A DNA stretch of 51,923 nt, counting the filler, from Dirinaria sp. TL-2023a (Eukaryota): assembly GCA_051941275.1 (NCBI GenBank). It is 2 parts of 2 records of this genome, joined end to end, with 100 filler letters (N's around TTAATTAATTAA, not from the genome) between each part and the next. Parts side by side here need not be neighbours in the genome. Positions count along the whole stretch, not along the records: positions 26,044 to 51,923 come from JAVEBF010000168.1; 1 more part is not named here. One strand, written 5' to 3'. Each line of letters starts with the position of its first letter. Position 1 is the first letter of the stretch. Positions 50,132-51,923 of this stretch are shown one piece after another. A program made the position numbers and the translations under genes. The notes beneath the pieces were generated by a model. That model made no database searches. It was not told where the DNA came from and saw nothing but the letters and a program-made list of their open reading frames with translations.

Positions 50132-51019
50132 ATGGATCAAGCAAAGCTAGCTAAGCTGCAGCAGTCAGTCCGGATTGGTAAGTCATAGTCTTGAGAATTG
50201 CGCAACGGAATTCACACTTTGCTCTACTGTAATTTAGCTGATCGTGGTTTCGTACAGGGTGAGCATCCTCCTTTTCCCACCTCATGTCCGACCAAATACG
50301 TCAAGACTACAAACTCGTTCCCTTACTCGCTACTGCACGGTCGTTTCGGGCAAACGAGAGATCTACGATGTCATATGGCTTGGATCATAAGCTGACGCTT
50401 GGTTGGTCACAGGGGCAAGGGAACACCGCGAAGAAAACAGAAGAAAGTCCACAAGACATCGGGGACGGACGACAAGAAGCTGCAGACCTCGCTGAAGAAG
50501 CTGAACGTGCAGCCCATCCAAGCCATTGAGGAGGTGAATATGTTCAAAGAAGACGGCAACGTCATACACTTTGCTGCGCCCAAAGGTATGTCTGTCCGCA
50601 CAGCTTAGTCTCATCATGTAGAAGCGGACTACTGGAAAGTGTGCAGTCGCGTATGGACAGTAACTCTTACCACCATCGCTACATCCCATGTGGCCTACTT
50701 TACAGCTCTGCCTTTTCCGTTTTATCTCATTCTTACACCATAGGGTCACGCTAATATGGGTTTGTAACCCTCAGTCCACGCATCTGTCCCCTCCAACACA
50801 TTCGCCATCTACGGCAACGGCGAAGACAAGGAACTCACAGAGCTCGTCCCCGGCATCCTCAACCAGCTCGGACCGGACAGCCTAGCCTCGCTCCGAAAGC
50901 TGGCGGAGAGCTACCAAAGCCTGCAGAAGAAAGAGGGCGGTGGCGAGGAGAACAAGGATGACGATGACGATATCCCGGACCTGGTCGCTGGGGAGAATTT
51001 CGAGAGTAAAGTCGAGTAA
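50132..51019 (+). CDS. EGD1: Nascent polypeptide-associated complex beta subunit (BTF3); exons 50132-50177, 50258, 50413-50585, 50775-51019
   Basis: [50 protein letters not shown] | [35 protein letters not shown]. Confidence 0.97.
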
Positions 51020-51923
51020 TTAGCAAGCCGACTTTGCCCAAACGAAGTGACAACAGGGAGAAGGGGGACGCTTCTCTAGCTGTACAGCAATCTGAAGAGT
51101 AAGGTAGGGGAAGAATGATAGTTCCATCTCCTGGGTAAAAAAAGAAAAAGAAAAGAAACATAATAAAGCTTGACGGGCCTTGCAGCGGCTGCATTTTACG
51201 CCCACAGTAGGGACAGCATGCATGCTCAGTCCATGGGAAACCGGAACATTTGCCTGCAGCCGCACCTCAATGGTCTATATCCCGAAGCGCGATCTCTTTC
51301 TCACTTGCAAGCCATTCTTGCATTTCAAATTTCCCCCAAACAATCTTCTCCCGTAATGATCCCGAAAATTCGTCCTTCTCAATATGCCCCCAATTCCCGC
51401 TCGTTCTTCATGAAGCTATACCCGATACCGATACCCCTTTCCGCCCCTTTTTCACAAACAACTTCCCATTGCCCAAACAGGAACCCCCTCCCCCTTCCTC
51501 CTCAAATACTCACCCCCCCAAACAACAAACATCTCTCACCACCCACTCCAGATCCTTCTATCTTCACACTCCCGCAGCAAGCATGGTCGCCTACCTACCT
51601 ACCTACCTCCATATCTATCCATGACCCTATCAACAAATCCCATCTCTCCCCCAGTCCTAATCTTTCTCTATTTCCACCTTCCAAAATAACCCCTCCCCCG
51701 GGGCTCCTTTCTTTCCCTAGTCATTTTCTCTCTCTCTCTCTCTCTCTATATTCCCCAACATCAATCCGTCAATTCATTCATTCCATCTATAGCCTAAAAA
51801 GGCGTAAGTATGTACTAACTCCACTTAAATACAAAAAAAGTAAGGTACGGTTTCCGGGAATACGGATCATGGTACTAGAGGGGAGGATGGGAGGGGATGG
51901 ATCGAAGTTGTAATGGAAAAGGG

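Noticed and set aside
51170..51913. 247-aa Pro/Ser-rich ORF
   Set aside because: TTG start, lies in C/T-rich low-complexity sequence downstream of EGD1, no recognisable motifs; probably a compositional artefact.
1..51923. CRISPR arrays, rRNA, intact transposase or Starship tyrosine-recombinase genes
   Set aside because: No spaced direct repeats, rRNA motifs, or DDE/RT/recombinase ORFs were recognised.

Overview
Eukaryotic, intron-rich DNA from a filamentous ascomycete (Pezizomycotina-type GT..CTRAY..AG introns), not a prokaryote. No CRISPR, rRNA or convincing tRNA was seen. About 22 protein-coding loci were reconstructed by hand across introns. The left part (1-25.9 kb) is mostly accessory: a 10-exon class I terpene synthase, dienelactone hydrolase, HeLo-like/ankyrin protein, MFS transporter, two alpha/beta hydrolases (one frameshifted), a TRP/Yvc1-like channel, CHS5 and a Zn-finger/DUF3237 protein. 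A 100-nt artificial scaffold linker at 25944-26043 is followed by about 6.6 kb with no intact gene, then a histidine acid phosphatase, a GNAT and a housekeeping block (Rpr2/Rpp21-like, SUB2, WBP11-like, HSP12-like, roadblock, IPI1, EGD1). Main findings: (i) EGD1 stays in frame only if a single-nucleotide exon (G at 50258) between two complete introns is included; (ii) a spliced fungal DUF262 (GmrSD/ParB-superfamily) gene with nuclear-type C-terminal motifs; (iii) two old MITE-like families, each as a pair bracketing one enzyme gene, one copy carrying a nested element. Family assignments come from motif recognition; no searches were run.
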